Position numbers and translations under genes: made by a program. From Azolla caroliniana (taxonomy: Eukaryota > Plantae > Polypodiophyta): a stretch of 64,000 nucleotides of DNA. This document shows, piece by piece, positions 63,972 to 64,000 of this stretch; the stretch's first letter is position 1, and every line of letters begins with the position of its first letter. The notes under the pieces were generated by a model. That model saw nothing but the letters and a program-made list of their open reading frames with translations, did no database searches and had not been told where the DNA came from. Location: positions 248,001 to 312,000 of the forward strand of contig JBHGNT010000004.1 in the NCBI GenBank assembly GCA_043228905.1. Direction: 5' to 3'.

Positions 63972-64000
63972 GTATGTAATTTCTCCTCAGATTGTTTTTT

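Overview
AT-rich, intron-containing land-plant nuclear DNA with about one gene per 5 kb. A sperm-tail SHIPPO/ODF3-repeat gene plus a PLS-class PPR gene suggest a seed-free vascular plant with flagellated sperm, most plausibly a fern (inference, not proven). Genes, with exon models derived by hand: a two-exon single-TM orphan (3919-4902, -); a short, diverged VPS60/CHMP5-like ESCRT-III gene missed by the ORF track (8300-9215, +); CDC20 (-); a PLS-E PPR protein (-); mitochondrial uncoupling protein UCP/PUMP (+, 9 exons); a GC-rich intronless multi-TM gene resembling an uncharacterised fungal membrane-protein family (33141-34532, +; HGT candidate); an intronless SLDP/oleosin-like ORF (+); FLAP1/DUF1517 (-, 6 exons); a PUB43/44 (SAUL1)-type U-box/ARM E3 ligase (-); a 12-repeat SHIPPO/ODF3-like gene (+); and the first exon of an ARIADNE RBR ligase (+). 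Intergenic space holds a decayed Ty1/copia element with a nested TIR element, four L1-type LINE remnants, several MITEs and fold-backs, possible F-box remnants, and tandem/simple repeats. The best novelty candidates are the fungal-like membrane gene and the truncated ESCRT-III paralog. All family assignments come from motif recognition; no database searches were run.
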